A DNA stretch of 64,000 nucleotides from Candidatus Amunia macphersoniae (lineage in GTDB: Bacteria; Chloroflexota; Dormibacteria; Aeolococcales; Aeolococcaceae), in the NCBI GenBank assembly GCA_016464795.1, contig JAEKNN010000030.1, forward strand, positions 3,328-67,327, given 5' to 3'. Position numbers and translations under genes: made by a program. This document shows positions 18,494-31,395 of the stretch, in pieces (position 1 is the stretch's first letter; each line of letters starts with the position of its first letter). Below the pieces are notes generated by a model that saw only the letters and a program-made list of their open reading frames with translations, did no database searches and was not told the DNA's origin.

Positions 18494-19594
18494 TTGGCGC
18501 GCCACACCATCACGTTGATCCCCGGGGACGGGATCGGATACGAGGTCAGCCAGGCGGCGCGCCGCGTCATCGACGCCACCGGTGCCGACATCGAATGGGA
18601 CGTCCAGAACGCAGGCCTCGATGTGGTCGAGCAGTACGGCCAACCCATGCCTGACCACGTCCTCGAGTCGATCCGTCGCAACAAGGTGGCCATCAAGGGC
18701 CCGCTCACCACCCCGATCGGTACCGGCATCCGCAGTGTCAACGTCGCGCTGCGGCGTGAGCTCGACCTCTTCGCGCTGGTGCGACCCACCAAGTGGTATC
18801 CCGGCGTGCGCAGCCGTTACCAGGAGGTCGACCTCGTGGTCATCCGCGAGAACACCGAGGACCTCTACGCGGGCATCGAGTTCGCCGAGGGCGAGGAGGG
18901 GACGCTCGAGGTCATCGACACCATCGAGCGGCTCACCGGTCGCAGCATCCGCAGAGACTCCGGCATCAGCATCAAGCCGACCAGCATCACCGGCACCCAG
19001 CGAGTCTTTCGCTTCGCTTTCCAGTGGGCCATCGACAACGGCCGCCGCAAGGTGACCGCGGTGCACAAGGCGAACATCATGAAGCACACCGACGGCCTCT
19101 GGCTCCGCATCGCCCAAGATGTGGCCAAGGAGTTTCCGCAGATCGAGTTCGATGACCGCATCGTCGACAACATGGCCATGCAGCTAGTGCAGAAGCCCGA
19201 GCTGTACGACGTCATGGTGATGCCCAACCTGTTCGGTGACATTCTCAGCGACCTCTGCGCCGGCCTGGTCGGCGGTCTCGGGCTCGCGCCCGGCGCCAAC
19301 ACCGGCGATGAGATCGCGCTCTTCGAGGCGACACATGGGAGCGCGCCCAAGTATGCCGGCAAGAACGTGGCCAACCCGATGGCGATGATGCTCAGCGGGA
19401 TGATGATGCTGCGTCACATCGGCGAGAAGGACGCCGGCGACCGTCTGGAGGCTGCGGTCGCCCGGGTCATCGCCGGGGGCGCGCAGGTTACCTATGACAT
19501 GAAACCCAACCGCGACGACCCCAGCGCCGTGGGCACCTCACAGGTCGCCGACGCGGTCATCGCCGAGTTGGAGCGCGCGCCGGTCGCGCGCTGA
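18494..19594 (+). CDS. icd: Isocitrate dehydrogenase (IDH/IPMDH family)
   Basis: IPGDGIG, KGPLTTP..IRSVNVALR, RENTEDLY, VHKANIMK, NLFGDILSDL and HGSAP motifs; AGGAGG then TTG start at 18494. Confidence 0.8.
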   Translation: MARHTITLIPGDGIGYEVSQAARRVIDATGADIEWDVQNAGLDVVEQYGQPMPDHVLESIRRNKVAIKGPLTTPIGTGIRSVNVALRRELDLFALVRPTKWYPGVRSRYQEVDLVVIRENTEDLYAGIEFAEGEEGTLEVIDTIERLTGRSIRRDSGISIKPTSITGTQRVFRFAFQWAIDNGRRKVTAVHKANIMKHTDGLWLRIAQDVAKEFPQIEFDDRIVDNMAMQLVQKPELYDVMVMPNLFGDILSDLCAGLVGGLGLAPGANTGDEIALFEATHGSAPKYAGKNVANPMAMMLSGMMMLRHIGEKDAGDRLEAAVARVIAGGAQVTYDMKPNRDDPSAVGTSQVADAVIAELERAPVAR

Positions 19595-19618
19595 GCGCGA
19601 CGGCCCGACGACCTCCCT

Positions 19619-19843
19619 TCAGCCAATCCCACCGGCGGCGGTGAGCTTGCCGAGCAGCTCATGGCAGCGCACCGCGCGCTGTGCGTCCTCGGCCTTGCAT
19701 TGCCTGAGAAATTCCACCACGTCCTGATGACCATGAGCGTCCTGCTCGTACTTCCCGTGTGCCTCCGCAGCCCTGAGCGCGTGGTACTGGATGCTCACCA
19801 GGTCATACACGATGTCGTCCGCGGGTGTGTGCTCGCTTGCCAT
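19619..19843 (-). CDS. Small hypothetical protein, two-helix ferritin-like half
   Basis: YDLVSIQYHAL..KYEQDA..EFLRQCKAEDAQRA; RBS GAGAGGAGG upstream. Confidence 0.7.
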   Translation of the reverse strand: MASEHTPADDIVYDLVSIQYHALRAAEAHGKYEQDAHGHQDVVEFLRQCKAEDAQRAVRCHELLGKLTAAGGIG

Positions 19844-19934
19844 TGTGCCTCCTCTCGATATCAGTTGTTGATGTCTGTCGATCCATGACCATTCGGCACG
19901 CGGCGTTGGTGCGTCAGAAACTGCTCTCTGGCGC

Positions 19935-21962
19935 TCATCGATCCAGCACCTCCGCCAGGTTCACCGCGTGGCTGGCGGCCACCGCCGGCCTGCTCACGTT
20001 CGCCACCCGCAGGATCTCGTCGGCGTAGAGGGTGTCGTGCTCCAACAGGGCATGGGCAAGTGCGTCGAGCCTCGAGCGATTGGCCTCGAGCAGGTCCATC
20101 GCTTGGACGAGGCACTCGTCCGATATGCGCTTCACCTCGGCATCGATCAGGTGAGCTGTGGCGTCGCTGTACGGACGCTGGGTTCCGAAGGCCGACCCCC
20201 CGCCATCGTCAGCGTAGTTGAGCGCGCCCACCTTCGCACTCATCCCCCACCGCACCACCATCTCCCGTGCGATGCCCGTCACCAGGCGCAGGTCCGATTC
20301 AGCACCGGTGGTGACAACGCCGTAGACGAGTTGCTCCGCGGCCCTGCCACCCAAGGCACCGGTGATCCGCCCACGGAGGTAGTCCTCGCCATAGTTGAAG
20401 CGGTCGTCAACAGGCGTCTGCGTGGTTGCTCCGAGAGACTGGCCGCGCGGGATGATCGACACACGGCTGACCGGGTCTGCCCCGGGAAGGAGCAGGCCGA
20501 GCAGGGCGTGGCCGGACTCGTGGTACGCGATCCGTTCGCGGTCGAGCGACGTGAGCATCAGCTTCCTCTCCGACCCCAGCTCGACCTTCTCGATGGCGAT
20601 GGTGAAGTCTGCGAGGGTCACCAGCGATGCGCCGCGCCGCGCCGCGGAGAGGGCGGCCTCGTTGGCGAGGTTGCGCAGGTCGGCGCCGACCATGCCGGCG
20701 GTCTGAGCGGCGATCTCGTTGAGGTCGACAGTGGTGTCGATCGGAATGTTCCGGGTGTGGATCGCCAGGATCGCCGCGCGGCCGCTGCGGTCGGGAGGGT
20801 GAACCTGGATGCGGCGATCGAATCGCCCCGGGCGCAGCAACGCGGGATCAAGCACATCAGCGCGGTTGGTCGCCGCCAGGACGATCACGCCCTCGTGCGC
20901 ATCGAAGCCGTCCATCTCCGTGAGGATCTGGTTGAGCGTCTGCTCCTGCTCGTCGTTGCTCCCCACGCGCAGCGCCGCGCTCCGCGATCGCCCCACCGCG
21001 TCCATCTCGTCGATGAAGATGATCGCCGGGGCGGCGGTGCGTGCCTTGCTGAAGAGGTCACGCACGCGCGACGCGCCGACCCCGACGATGGCTTCGATGA
21101 ATTCCGAAGCTGAGATCGAGAAGAACGGAACCCCGGCCTCGCCGGCGACCGCGCGCGCCAGCAGCGTCTTGCCGGTGCCCGGTGCGCCGATCAGGAGCAC
21201 CCCTTTGGGCACGGTGCCGCCGAGTCGCTCGTACTTGGCGGGCTGCCTGAGAAAATCCACCACCTCCAGCAGTTCCGCCTTGACCTCGTCGATGCCGGCC
21301 ACATCAGCGAAGGTGGTCGGTGGATGCTCGGCGTTGTACAGCCGCGCACCGCTCTGACCGAAGCGTCCGAGGATGCCGCCCGCCCCGCCCGCCCGCATCG
21401 AGGCCATGCGCCGGCTGACGTAGACGAAGAGCAGCACCAGCAATAGCACCGGGCCGAAGCTGAGCAGAAGCGTTTCCCACAGCGGAGTGGCCGGGTTCGG
21501 ATTCTTCGCGTTGGTGGTGACCTTGTGCTTCAGCAGCAGAGCCACCAGATCATCAGTGGCGAACGACGGCCGCTGCGTGGAGAAGGCTGTGGCGCTGTCC
21601 TGACCAGGGGCAGCGGACACCGGGCTCTTGGCAGTGCCGATGATCGCGTCCGAGGTGGTGGTGACGCTGGTCACGTTGTCGCCCGTCACCTGCTGTACGA
21701 ACACGTCGTATGGAATCACCACCGACTTGGCTTGGGTGGGGGCGAACAACACGTTCGTGAAGAAGATGTTGACGGCAAGGAGGATGGCCAGGGTGATCCA
21801 GAAGTTCCGTGAGCGAAAGCGGTTCTGGGCCGGTGAGGGTGCGCTCGGTGGCATCCGCCGAGCGGGGTTGGGGGAGCCCGGGCCGGGCTTGGACGCGGGA
21901 CGCCAACGTTCCAGGAACGGGCGGCGCGGCTTGGTGTCAGCGCTTCTCGAATCGGCGGCCAT
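19935..21962 (-). CDS. ftsH: ATP-dependent zinc metalloprotease FtsH
   Basis: Two TM helices, [27 protein letters not shown] and HESGH motifs. Confidence 0.96.
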   Translation of the reverse strand: MAADSRSADTKPRRPFLERWRPASKPGPGSPNPARRMPPSAPSPAQNRFRSRNFWITLAILLAVNIFFTNVLFAPTQAKSVVIPYDVFVQQVTGDNVTSVTTTSDAIIGTAKSPVSAAPGQDSATAFSTQRPSFATDDLVALLLKHKVTTNAKNPNPATPLWETLLLSFGPVLLLVLLFVYVSRRMASMRAGGAGGILGRFGQSGARLYNAEHPPTTFADVAGIDEVKAELLEVVDFLRQPAKYERLGGTVPKGVLLIGAPGTGKTLLARAVAGEAGVPFFSISASEFIEAIVGVGASRVRDLFSKARTAAPAIIFIDEMDAVGRSRSAALRVGSNDEQEQTLNQILTEMDGFDAHEGVIVLAATNRADVLDPALLRPGRFDRRIQVHPPDRSGRAAILAIHTRNIPIDTTVDLNEIAAQTAGMVGADLRNLANEAALSAARRGASLVTLADFTIAIEKVELGSERKLMLTSLDRERIAYHESGHALLGLLLPGADPVSRVSIIPRGQSLGATTQTPVDDRFNYGEDYLRGRITGALGGRAAEQLVYGVVTTGAESDLRLVTGIAREMVVRWGMSAKVGALNYADDGGGSAFGTQRPYSDATAHLIDAEVKRISDECLVQAMDLLEANRSRLDALAHALLEHDTLYADEILRVANVSRPAVAASHAVNLAEVLDR

Positions 21963-21986
21963 GGATCTAGCCTACCGCCCGCGCGG

Positions 21987-22529
21987 CTACGGGAGCGGCG
22001 GGGGCATCCAGTCGCGCCCGGGGACCTCAGGGTAGGAGGCTACTCCCAGGGCGTCGTCGGGGTCGAGCTCGAGCAGGAAGCTGCGGCAGCGGGCCGCTTC
22101 GTCCTCCTCGCCGAGCGCGGCCGCGGCGGCGAGGAGCGCGTGAAGCCCGCGCAAGAACCCACGGCTTCCGGGCTGCGCCCAGCGAACCATGCCCGTCCCT
22201 CCCCAACCCTCGCGGCGCAGGCGGTCGAGCCCGCGGTGGTATGCGACCCGCGCGAAGGCGTACGCGGCGACGGGCTCGTCAGCGGCGAGGCTCAGCTCGC
22301 TCAGCCGCGCCCACGCCTCGAGGAGGGTTGGATGGTCGGCCGCGACTCGGAGGAGCGCGTTGCGGCGGGTCGAGTCGTCGGTACGGGCGATCGCGGCCGC
22401 CAGGGCCTGGACCGCTTCGGCGGGCTCTGGGGGGAGGACGGTCTCGTGACGCGAGGGCGAGGGCGACATCGAGGCGGGCGCGCCGGCCACGGACAGCTGG
22501 TGGAGCGGGCGCTGCGGGGGGTTCGGCAT
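21987..22529 (-). CDS. DUF3151 family protein
   Basis: VAADHP..AWA.L, AYAFARVAYHRGLDRLRREGW.G.G.V.W, RGFLR and EAARC..FL motifs. Confidence 0.75.
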   Translation of the reverse strand: MPNPPQRPLHQLSVAGAPASMSPSPSRHETVLPPEPAEAVQALAAAIARTDDSTRRNALLRVAADHPTLLEAWARLSELSLAADEPVAAYAFARVAYHRGLDRLRREGWGGTGMVRWAQPGSRGFLRGLHALLAAAAALGEEDEAARCRSFLLELDPDDALGVASYPEVPGRDWMPPPLP

Positions 22530-22674
22530 GATCGGGGAGCGTAGCCGAGATCGCCTGGCTCGACGCCAGGCCCCTCGGCCGCCGAGATGGTGCGACCCGT
22601 CACCGCGGTGCCATGATGGTCAACGGGTCCCCAACGACGCGAGATTCGCGTGCTGGTGGCCAGAGGAGTGTCTT

Positions 22675-22830
22675 ATGGGCCCAATCCTGTGGGTTGTGGT
22701 GGCAGTGCTGGTGGTGCTGTGGCTGCTCGGATTCGTTGTGGTGCACGTCACCGGCTTCTTCATCCACATCCTGCTGATCCTCGCCGTGCTGGCTGCGATC
22801 TTCGCCCTGTTCGACAGGTCGCGCGCCTGA
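22675..22830 (+). CDS. lmo0937/DUF5670-type small membrane protein
   Basis: 51 aa, LW.V..VLVVLWLLGF..G.FIHILLILAV; RBS AGGAG. Confidence 0.8.
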   Translation: MGPILWVVVAVLVVLWLLGFVVVHVTGFFIHILLILAVLAAIFALFDRSRA

Positions 22831-23003
22831 GCTTCTCGGTTCAGGCCGTGGCCCCCACGTGGCGAGGCCGTGTGCTGCGACTCAGCGGGTGGTCACCCTC
22901 GGCGTCCACGGCGTGCCACAGCTCACTGATCGCCCAACGGCTCGAGCGCGAGCACGGCCTCACCGTCACCCACCTCGTCCCCTGACCACCAACGACACGA
23001 CCG

Positions 23004-24485
23004 TCATCGCACAGCGCGGATGCGGCTGACCATGACCGTCCCCAGCACGAACCACAGCGTCGCCGCACCGAAGACCACCCGATAGCCGAGGTTGTGGCCG
23101 CTGGCAATGCCCGCAAAGGCATGACCACTCTCATTGAAGTGATGCAGCACACCGGCAAGAAGCGCCGGTGCCAGCACTTGGGGCAGCGTGAAGGAGATGT
23201 GCCAGAGCGCCATGTCCTTGCCGGCGTCGGCCCCACCGTTGGGCAGGACGTCGCACGCCAGGGCCCAGTCGACAGCGTAGTACGTGCCGTACCCGACACC
23301 GAAGACCACACCGAGCAGGTAGAGCAGGGGCAGGCTGCTCACCAGCCCGAAGAGCAGTACGGCCACCGCCCCGGCCATGATGCCCCCGGCGCCGTACACG
23401 AACATCTTTCGCCGCCCGGTGCGGTCGGAGGTGGCACCGCAGACCAGCGCCGGAGCGATGCCGGCCACGATCACGAAGGCCAGCCACAGTGAGCTGGCGA
23501 ACCCTGTGTTGTCGCCGGTGCCCACCACGTCCTGAAAGTAGAAGCCGATGAACGGAACGATGCTGAAGATGCCGAACTGCACAAGGAAGCGGGTGGCGAA
23601 CACCCAGAAGAAATCGCGCTGAGCAAACGGGGTGACGAAGTCGCGGAGCGCCGGCATGTGCCGCCCGATCGCCAGAGACCCGAGCAGCGCCAGCAGAAGG
23701 ATCGCCAGATTCAGGAGATGGACGTGATCGTCGATGAGCAGCCACAGAGTTGCCACGATGAGCACTGTGAAGACCAGGCCGAATGCCCCGGCGATCGGCT
23801 GGATGGCCGGGGAGCGGCCCGCGGCGGAGGCGGCGCGCACGGAGGGCCGCTCATGGGTGCCACGACAGGTGACCACCAGGGTGACGGTCAACACCACCGC
23901 GATGAAGCCGTAGCCGAGCACGACGCCGGCACGCGAGTCATGGAAGATCGCGAAGATCACGATCACGCCGACCAGCCCAAAGACGGTGCCGACACCGTTC
24001 ATCACCCCGAGCAGCCCCGACGCGCGACCGCGCTCGGCTTCAGGAACCACGTCGGGGATGACTCCCGAATAGGCCGCGCCGGCGACGTTGTTGCTGGCCT
24101 GCAGCAAGAGGTAGAAGCCGACCAGGAAGTAGGCGGTGCCGGCAAGTGAGAGCAGGATCAGACCGATCACATTGATGAGGCTTCCGGCCACCATCCACGG
24201 TCGTCGCCTCCCCCACCGGGTCGCGGTTCGATCCGAGAGCCAGCCGACAGCGATCGGCACCAGCAGCGCGAACACCCCGCCGGCGGCGGTGACCTTGCCG
24301 ACCAGGATGTCCTTGTTGACTGGATCGACCAGCTTGGCGCCCACCGGGATCAGGGAGACGAAGATCGGCTGCCAGTGGGCGCCGTTGCCGAACCAGAAGG
24401 CGTTGATCGCCAGCAGCCGGCGGTATCCGAGGCGTGCAGGTGGTGCCGGACGATCACCCGCAATCAACGGCCCCGGCGTGGTCAC
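23004..24485 (-). CDS. MFS transporter
   Basis: 12 or more hydrophobic segments; GWLSDRT..WGRRRP and SDRTGRRK motif A copies. Confidence 0.9.
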   Translation of the reverse strand: MTTPGPLIAGDRPAPPARLGYRRLLAINAFWFGNGAHWQPIFVSLIPVGAKLVDPVNKDILVGKVTAAGGVFALLVPIAVGWLSDRTATRWGRRRPWMVAGSLINVIGLILLSLAGTAYFLVGFYLLLQASNNVAGAAYSGVIPDVVPEAERGRASGLLGVMNGVGTVFGLVGVIVIFAIFHDSRAGVVLGYGFIAVVLTVTLVVTCRGTHERPSVRAASAAGRSPAIQPIAGAFGLVFTVLIVATLWLLIDDHVHLLNLAILLLALLGSLAIGRHMPALRDFVTPFAQRDFFWVFATRFLVQFGIFSIVPFIGFYFQDVVGTGDNTGFASSLWLAFVIVAGIAPALVCGATSDRTGRRKMFVYGAGGIMAGAVAVLLFGLVSSLPLLYLLGVVFGVGYGTYYAVDWALACDVLPNGGADAGKDMALWHISFTLPQVLAPALLAGVLHHFNESGHAFAGIASGHNLGYRVVFGAATLWFVLGTVMVSRIRAVR

Positions 24486-24519
24486 TGCGCCAGGGCCCCC
24501 CTCCTCCCGTCGAGCGAGG

Positions 24520-25689
24520 TCATCGGCTGTCGGCCAGGGAGTCGAGAGCCGCGGTGACGCCGCCCGGCGTGGAGGGCACCGTCGACCGAGCCAGGCCCAT
24601 CTCCACCCCGCCGAGAGTGCCGATCAGCGACAACTCGTTGAGATGGCCGACGTGGCCGATGCGGAACACCCTGCCCGCCACCTTGCCCAACCCGGCCCCG
24701 AGTGACATGTCGAAATCGTCGAGGATCTGGGCCCGCAACTGGTCGGCGTCGTGACCATCCGGCAGGAGCACGGCGGTGACTACCGGGGAGTGTTCGCGTT
24801 GGTCCTGACAGAGCACCTCCAGGCTCCAGGCGCGCACCGCGCGGCGAGTGGCGTCGGCAAACCGTTGGTGGCGCGCGAACACGGCAGGCAGCCCCTCCTC
24901 CTCGAGCATGAGCAGCGCCTCACGCAACCCGTAGAGGAGGTTGGTCGGTGGCGTGTAGGGGAAGAACCCGCGGCTGTTGAACGCGAGTATCTGCGCCCAA
25001 TCCCAGTAGGAGCGCGCCATGCCGGCGGTCTGCGACGCTGCCAACGCCTTCTCACTCACCGCGTTGAAGCCGAGACCGGGGGGCAGCATCAACCCCTTCT
25101 GGGAGCCGCAGATGGTCACGTCGACGCCCCACTCGTCGTGCCGGTATTCGGTGGCGCCCACTGAGGAGACTCCGTCGACCATCAGCAAGGTGGGGTGACC
25201 GGCCTCATCGATGACGCGGCGGATCTCGGGGATGCGGCTGCAGATTCCTGTCGAGGTCTCGCTGTGGACCACCATCACCGCCCGGATGGTTCTGTGGGTG
25301 TCAGCCTCGAGCTCCGCCGCCAGAGCCTCCGGGGAAGCGCCGTGGCGCCAGTCGCCGGCAAGCGTGGTGACCTCCAGCCCGAGGTTGGCGGCCATGTCGC
25401 GCCAGAGCACGGCGAACTGGCCCGTCTCGAAGCACACGACCCGGTCGCCGGGTGACAGCGTGTTGACGATCGCCGCCTCCCAGGCGCCGGTGCCCGACGA
25501 GGGATACATGATCACCTGCCCCTGGGTCCCGAACGGCGTCCTGACCCGCTCGAGGAGATCGTGGACAAGTGCCGCGAACTCGGGTCCGCGATGGTCGATG
25601 GTGGGCATGGAGATGGCGCGCAGGACGCGGTCCGGCACGTTGGTGGGGCCGGGAATCTGCAGGAAGTGGCGGCCGGTGTGGGTTGTCAT
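24520..25689 (-). CDS. sgaA: Serine/alanine--glyoxylate aminotransferase (class V)
   Basis: GRHFLQIPGPTNVP, SSGTGAWEAA..NTLSPGD, HSETSTG, GSQKGLMLPPG and FRIGH motifs. Confidence 0.85.
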   Translation of the reverse strand: MTTHTGRHFLQIPGPTNVPDRVLRAISMPTIDHRGPEFAALVHDLLERVRTPFGTQGQVIMYPSSGTGAWEAAIVNTLSPGDRVVCFETGQFAVLWRDMAANLGLEVTTLAGDWRHGASPEALAAELEADTHRTIRAVMVVHSETSTGICSRIPEIRRVIDEAGHPTLLMVDGVSSVGATEYRHDEWGVDVTICGSQKGLMLPPGLGFNAVSEKALAASQTAGMARSYWDWAQILAFNSRGFFPYTPPTNLLYGLREALLMLEEEGLPAVFARHQRFADATRRAVRAWSLEVLCQDQREHSPVVTAVLLPDGHDADQLRAQILDDFDMSLGAGLGKVAGRVFRIGHVGHLNELSLIGTLGGVEMGLARSTVPSTPGGVTAALDSLADSR

Positions 25690-25754
25690 CCCTTGATCTT
25701 CACAGGCGGGACGAGCCACAGTGGCAACAGCGGCCCACCACCTATGCTCTGGGC

Positions 25755-27203
25755 ATGGACAGTGGCCTGGTCGCGGCCCTCGCCCGCGCGGTGCCGACGG
25801 GGGGCTTGATCACCGCGCCGGAGGCGTTGCGGACGTACGAATGTGACGGGCTGACCGGTCACCGTGTGGTTCCCTCCGCTGTCGTCCTTCCCGAGAGCAC
25901 AGACCAGGTGGCCGCCTGCGTGTCCGCTTGTCACCAGGCACGGGTTCCCTTCGTCGCGCGCGGCGCCGGCACCGGGCTCTCGGGCGGCGCTCTGCCGGTC
26001 GCCGATGGCGTGGTCATCTGTCTGACACGGATGCGCGCGATCCTCGATGTCGACATCCAGGGGCAGCGGGTCACCGTGCAGCCCGGCGTCGCCAACCTCC
26101 AGGTCAGCGACGCGGTTCGTGCCAACGGTCACTACTACGCGCCCGATCCCTCGAGCCAGTCCGTGTGCACCATCGGCGGCAACGTCGCCGAGAACTCGGG
26201 CGGCGCTCACTGCCTCAAGTACGGCTTCACCACCACTCACGTCGTCGGCGTCACCCTGGTCACCCCCGACGGCCGCGTCACCACGCTCGGTGGCGCCGTC
26301 GCGGATGCGCCTGGGTACGACCTGCTTGGCGTTGTTGTCGGCAGCGAAGGCACGCTCGGCATCGTCACCGAGGTGATCCTCAACATCATCCCCATCCCAG
26401 AGACGGTGCGCACCATGCTGTGCGGCTTCGCCTCGATGTCCGCGGCGGGCCTCGCGGTGTCGGCGATCATCGCCGAGGGAATCACCCCGGCGGCCATCGA
26501 GATGATGGACCGGCTCGCCATCGAGGCCGTCGAGGCGGCGGTGCACGCCGACTACCCTCGGTGCCAAGCGGTGCTGCTCGTCGAGCTCGACGGACCGCGG
26601 GCGGAGTGCGCCTCCACGTTTGCCCGCGTTGAGGAGATCTGCCGCCAGTCCGAGGCACAGGAAATTCGTGTCGCCGCCGATGCGTCACAGCGGGCGATGA
26701 TGTGGAGGGGACGTCGGGCAGCGTTCGCTGCCATGGGACGGATCAGCCCCGACTACTACGTGCAGGATGGGGTCATCCCACGCGGTCGCCTCGCCCCGGT
26801 TCTGGACGGCATCGCCGCCCTGGAGCAGGAATACGACCTGCGCGTGGCCAACGTCTTCCACGCGGGTGACGGCAACCTCCACCCCCTGGTGCTGTACACC
26901 GGCTCGCACCACGGCGAGGGCGACCGCGCGCTCGAGCTCGCCGGGCGCATCCTCGATCTGTGCCTCAGCGAAGGAGGCTCGATCACCGGTGAGCACGGCG
27001 TCGGGTCGGACAAGGCGTGCGCCATGCCCAAGATGTTCAGCGAGGGCGCTCTCGAGGTCTTCACCCGGGTTCGCGCCGCCTTCGATCCCGACGGAGTCTG
27101 CAATCCCGGCAAGGTGTTGCCGACACCGCGGCTGTGCGGGGAGGTGCCCGGACCGTACCGTCCGCATCCTCTCGAGATCGCCGGCGTGGCCACACGGATG
27201 TGA
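25755..27203 (+). CDS. glcD: Glycolate oxidase subunit GlcD
   Basis: YECDGL, RGAGTGLSGG, APDPSSQ..CTIGGNVAENSGGAHCLKYG, NVFHAGDGNLHP and GEHGVG motifs. Confidence 0.9.
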   Translation: MDSGLVAALARAVPTGGLITAPEALRTYECDGLTGHRVVPSAVVLPESTDQVAACVSACHQARVPFVARGAGTGLSGGALPVADGVVICLTRMRAILDVDIQGQRVTVQPGVANLQVSDAVRANGHYYAPDPSSQSVCTIGGNVAENSGGAHCLKYGFTTTHVVGVTLVTPDGRVTTLGGAVADAPGYDLLGVVVGSEGTLGIVTEVILNIIPIPETVRTMLCGFASMSAAGLAVSAIIAEGITPAAIEMMDRLAIEAVEAAVHADYPRCQAVLLVELDGPRAECASTFARVEEICRQSEAQEIRVAADASQRAMMWRGRRAAFAAMGRISPDYYVQDGVIPRGRLAPVLDGIAALEQEYDLRVANVFHAGDGNLHPLVLYTGSHHGEGDRALELAGRILDLCLSEGGSITGEHGVGSDKACAMPKMFSEGALEVFTRVRAAFDPDGVCNPGKVLPTPRLCGEVPGPYRPHPLEIAGVATRM

Positions 27204-28438
27204 GCACCGCAACTGCCATCGACGTTCTCCCCTTCGCGGCGCTGGTGGGTGAGGAGCACGCACTCGCCGCCCGAGCAGACGACACCGTGCAGGGGGTCTC
27301 GCCATCGCTCGTGGTCGAGCCGGCCGACGAGGCAGAGGTGTCGGCGGTGATGCGCGAGGCGTCGCGACAGCGGCTGACGGTGGTGGTCCGCGGCGGTGGA
27401 ACGACACTCGCCTGGGGAACGCCACCGCGACGCTGCGAGCTGCTGCTCTCGACACGCCGCCTCGACCGCCTGGTCGAGCATCAGCCTGGCGACCTGATCT
27501 GCGTCGCCGGCGCCGGGATGACCCTGGCGGCGTTGCAGGCTCACCTGGGACGCGCCCAGGGTCACCGCCAGCGGCTGATGCTCGATCCCCCGGTCCCGCC
27601 GGAAGTGGCCACACTTGGCGGTATCGTCGCCACCGGCTGCTCCGGGCCCCTGAGAACCCGCTACGGCACGGTGCGCGACCTGCTCATCGGGGTGCGCTTC
27701 GTCCTCGCCGACGGCACCGTCGGCCACGCCGGTGGGAAGGTGGTCAAGAACGTTGCCGGGTACGACATCGGCAAGCTCCTCACCGGTTCCCTGGGCACGC
27801 TGGCGGTGATCACCCAGGTGGCGCTGCGCCTTCATCCCGCGGCGCCGGACTCGCGCGTGGTGCTGCTCGACGACAGCACCCCGGAAGCGCTCGCCGCCAG
27901 GGTGCAGGGGCTGGCCCGCCTGCCGGTGACGCCGAGCTGCGTCGACGTCATCTGGCCCGACCGCACCTGCGCCGTCCGTGTCGACAGCTCGGCGGAGGGA
28001 GCCGAGCGGCAGGTGCAGATCATCGCCGCGCGCGTTGGTGGGCGCATCCTCGGTGAGGGGGAGGCGGCCGCGCTGAACTCGTCGCTGGCGCAACGGCCCT
28101 GGATGGGCGACGGCGTGGTCGCGGGCATCGCCGCCCCGCGCAGCCGGCTCGCGGAGCTGATCCGGCTGGCCGGCCGGCACGCCGACGAGGTGGTCGTCCG
28201 CGGGCTCATCGGCGTGGCCGAGGCGCGACTTGGCGCGGACCCGGCGCCCATCACCGCACTGCGCAACGGCGTGGAACAGCTCGGCGGCCACCTGGTGCTC
28301 CACCGATCGCCCCTCCCCCTACGCGACCTGGTCTGGCCCGCGGCGGCCGGGGCCGCGGTCGAGCTGATGCGCTCGGTCAAGCATGCGCTCGACCCCCAGG
28401 GCGTTCTCGCTCCCGGACGGCACCTGGGGGGCATCTGA
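27200..28438 (+). CDS. glcE: Glycolate oxidase FAD-binding subunit GlcE
   Basis: RGGGT, ATLGG, GP.R.RYG.VRD, GGKVVKNVAGYD..KL..GSLGTL and LDP.GVL.PGR motifs; GTGA overlap with glcD. Confidence 0.88.
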   Translation: MSTATAIDVLPFAALVGEEHALAARADDTVQGVSPSLVVEPADEAEVSAVMREASRQRLTVVVRGGGTTLAWGTPPRRCELLLSTRRLDRLVEHQPGDLICVAGAGMTLAALQAHLGRAQGHRQRLMLDPPVPPEVATLGGIVATGCSGPLRTRYGTVRDLLIGVRFVLADGTVGHAGGKVVKNVAGYDIGKLLTGSLGTLAVITQVALRLHPAAPDSRVVLLDDSTPEALAARVQGLARLPVTPSCVDVIWPDRTCAVRVDSSAEGAERQVQIIAARVGGRILGEGEAAALNSSLAQRPWMGDGVVAGIAAPRSRLAELIRLAGRHADEVVVRGLIGVAEARLGADPAPITALRNGVEQLGGHLVLHRSPLPLRDLVWPAAAGAAVELMRSVKHALDPQGVLAPGRHLGGI

Positions 28439-29781
28439 GTGTCGACCGCCTTCGACGATCACCACCCGCCGGCAGCCGATCTGATCGCCGATTGCGTCCA
28501 CTGCGGCTTCTGTCTGCCTGCCTGTCCCACCTACCAGCTCTGGGGCGAGGAGATGGACTCTCCGCGCGGGCGAATCCTTCTGATGGACGCGGCGCGCCGT
28601 GGCGAGGTGGACCTGAACGACACCGTCGTGCAGCACTGGGACGCGTGTCTGGGGTGCATGGCGTGCGAGACGGCGTGCCCGTCGGGGGTGCGCTACGGAC
28701 GCCTCATCGAGCAGACCAGACAGCAGGTGGAGCGCCGTTACCGCCGTCCCTGGCCAGAACGCATGTATCGCGCCGTCCTCTTCGCGATGCTGCCCTACCC
28801 GCTCCGCCTGCGCGTGGTCGCGCAGTTGCTGGCCCTCTACCAGGACAGCGGCGCGCGACGTGTGCTGCGCCGCTCAGGTGTCATTCGCAGACTTCCCCAA
28901 CGGCTCCGCGAGCTGGAGGCACTGGCACCGGCACTGAGTCGGCGCCGTCTCGAGGAGAGCCCGCCGGAAAGGTCCGCTGTGTCAGTGGGACGAGCGCGCC
29001 TTCGTGTCACGCTTCTGCGCGGCTGCGTCCAGCGGGCCTTCTTCGGCGACGTCAGCGCGGCGACGGCGCGCGTGCTGGCCGCCTTCGGCTGCGAGGTGAG
29101 CGCTCCCCGGCAGCAGGGGTGCTGCGGTGCGCTCGAGCTGCACAGTGGGCGCGAGCAGGCCGCGCTGGCCCGCGCACGCGCCCTGATCGCTGCACTGGAG
29201 GCCGGTGATCCTGACCGCATCGCAGTCGATTCGGCGGGTTGCGGCGCGTCGATGAAGGAGTACGGCGAACTGCTCGCGGACGACCCGATCTGGGCCGAGC
29301 GCGCCGCCGCCTTCTCCGCAAGGGTTCGCGACGTGTCGGAGATCCTCGACGAGTTGGGACCACCGGCACTCCCAATGCACCCCTTGCCGATGCGGCTGGC
29401 CTACCACGACGCGTGCCACCTCGCCCACGCCCAGAGGGTGCGCGCTCAACCGCGCCGAGCGCTCAGCGCCATCCCCGGTGTGGAGCTGATCCCACTTGAC
29501 GACGCGGATCTCTGCTGCGGCAGCGCCGGCGTCTACAACCTCGTGGAGCCAGGGCCGGCCGCCGATCTCGGACGGCGCAAGGCGGCATCCATCGCCACGG
29601 CCGCGCCGCAGGCACTGGCTGCAGGCAATCCCGGCTGCTTGCTGCAGATCGGCGCCCATCTGTCGCTCGCGGGACAGGCGATTCCCACCTTTCACCCGGT
29701 CGAGCTGCTCGACGCCTCGCTGCGCGGCATCCCCGTCGAACGGTTGCTCGCCGACCGCTCTCGTCTGCTGGCGATCGACCG

Positions 29782-29785
<4 letters not shown>
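28439..29785 (+). CDS. glcF: Glycolate oxidase iron-sulfur subunit GlcF
   Basis: [12 protein letters not shown] and [12 protein letters not shown] 4Fe-4S motifs, two CCG domains, YHDACHL. Confidence 0.9.

Positions 29786-31395
<1,610 letters not shown>

Noticed and set aside
22841-23003. Possible small gene between the lmo0937-like gene and the MFS transporter
   Set aside because: No convincing start or protein-like composition.
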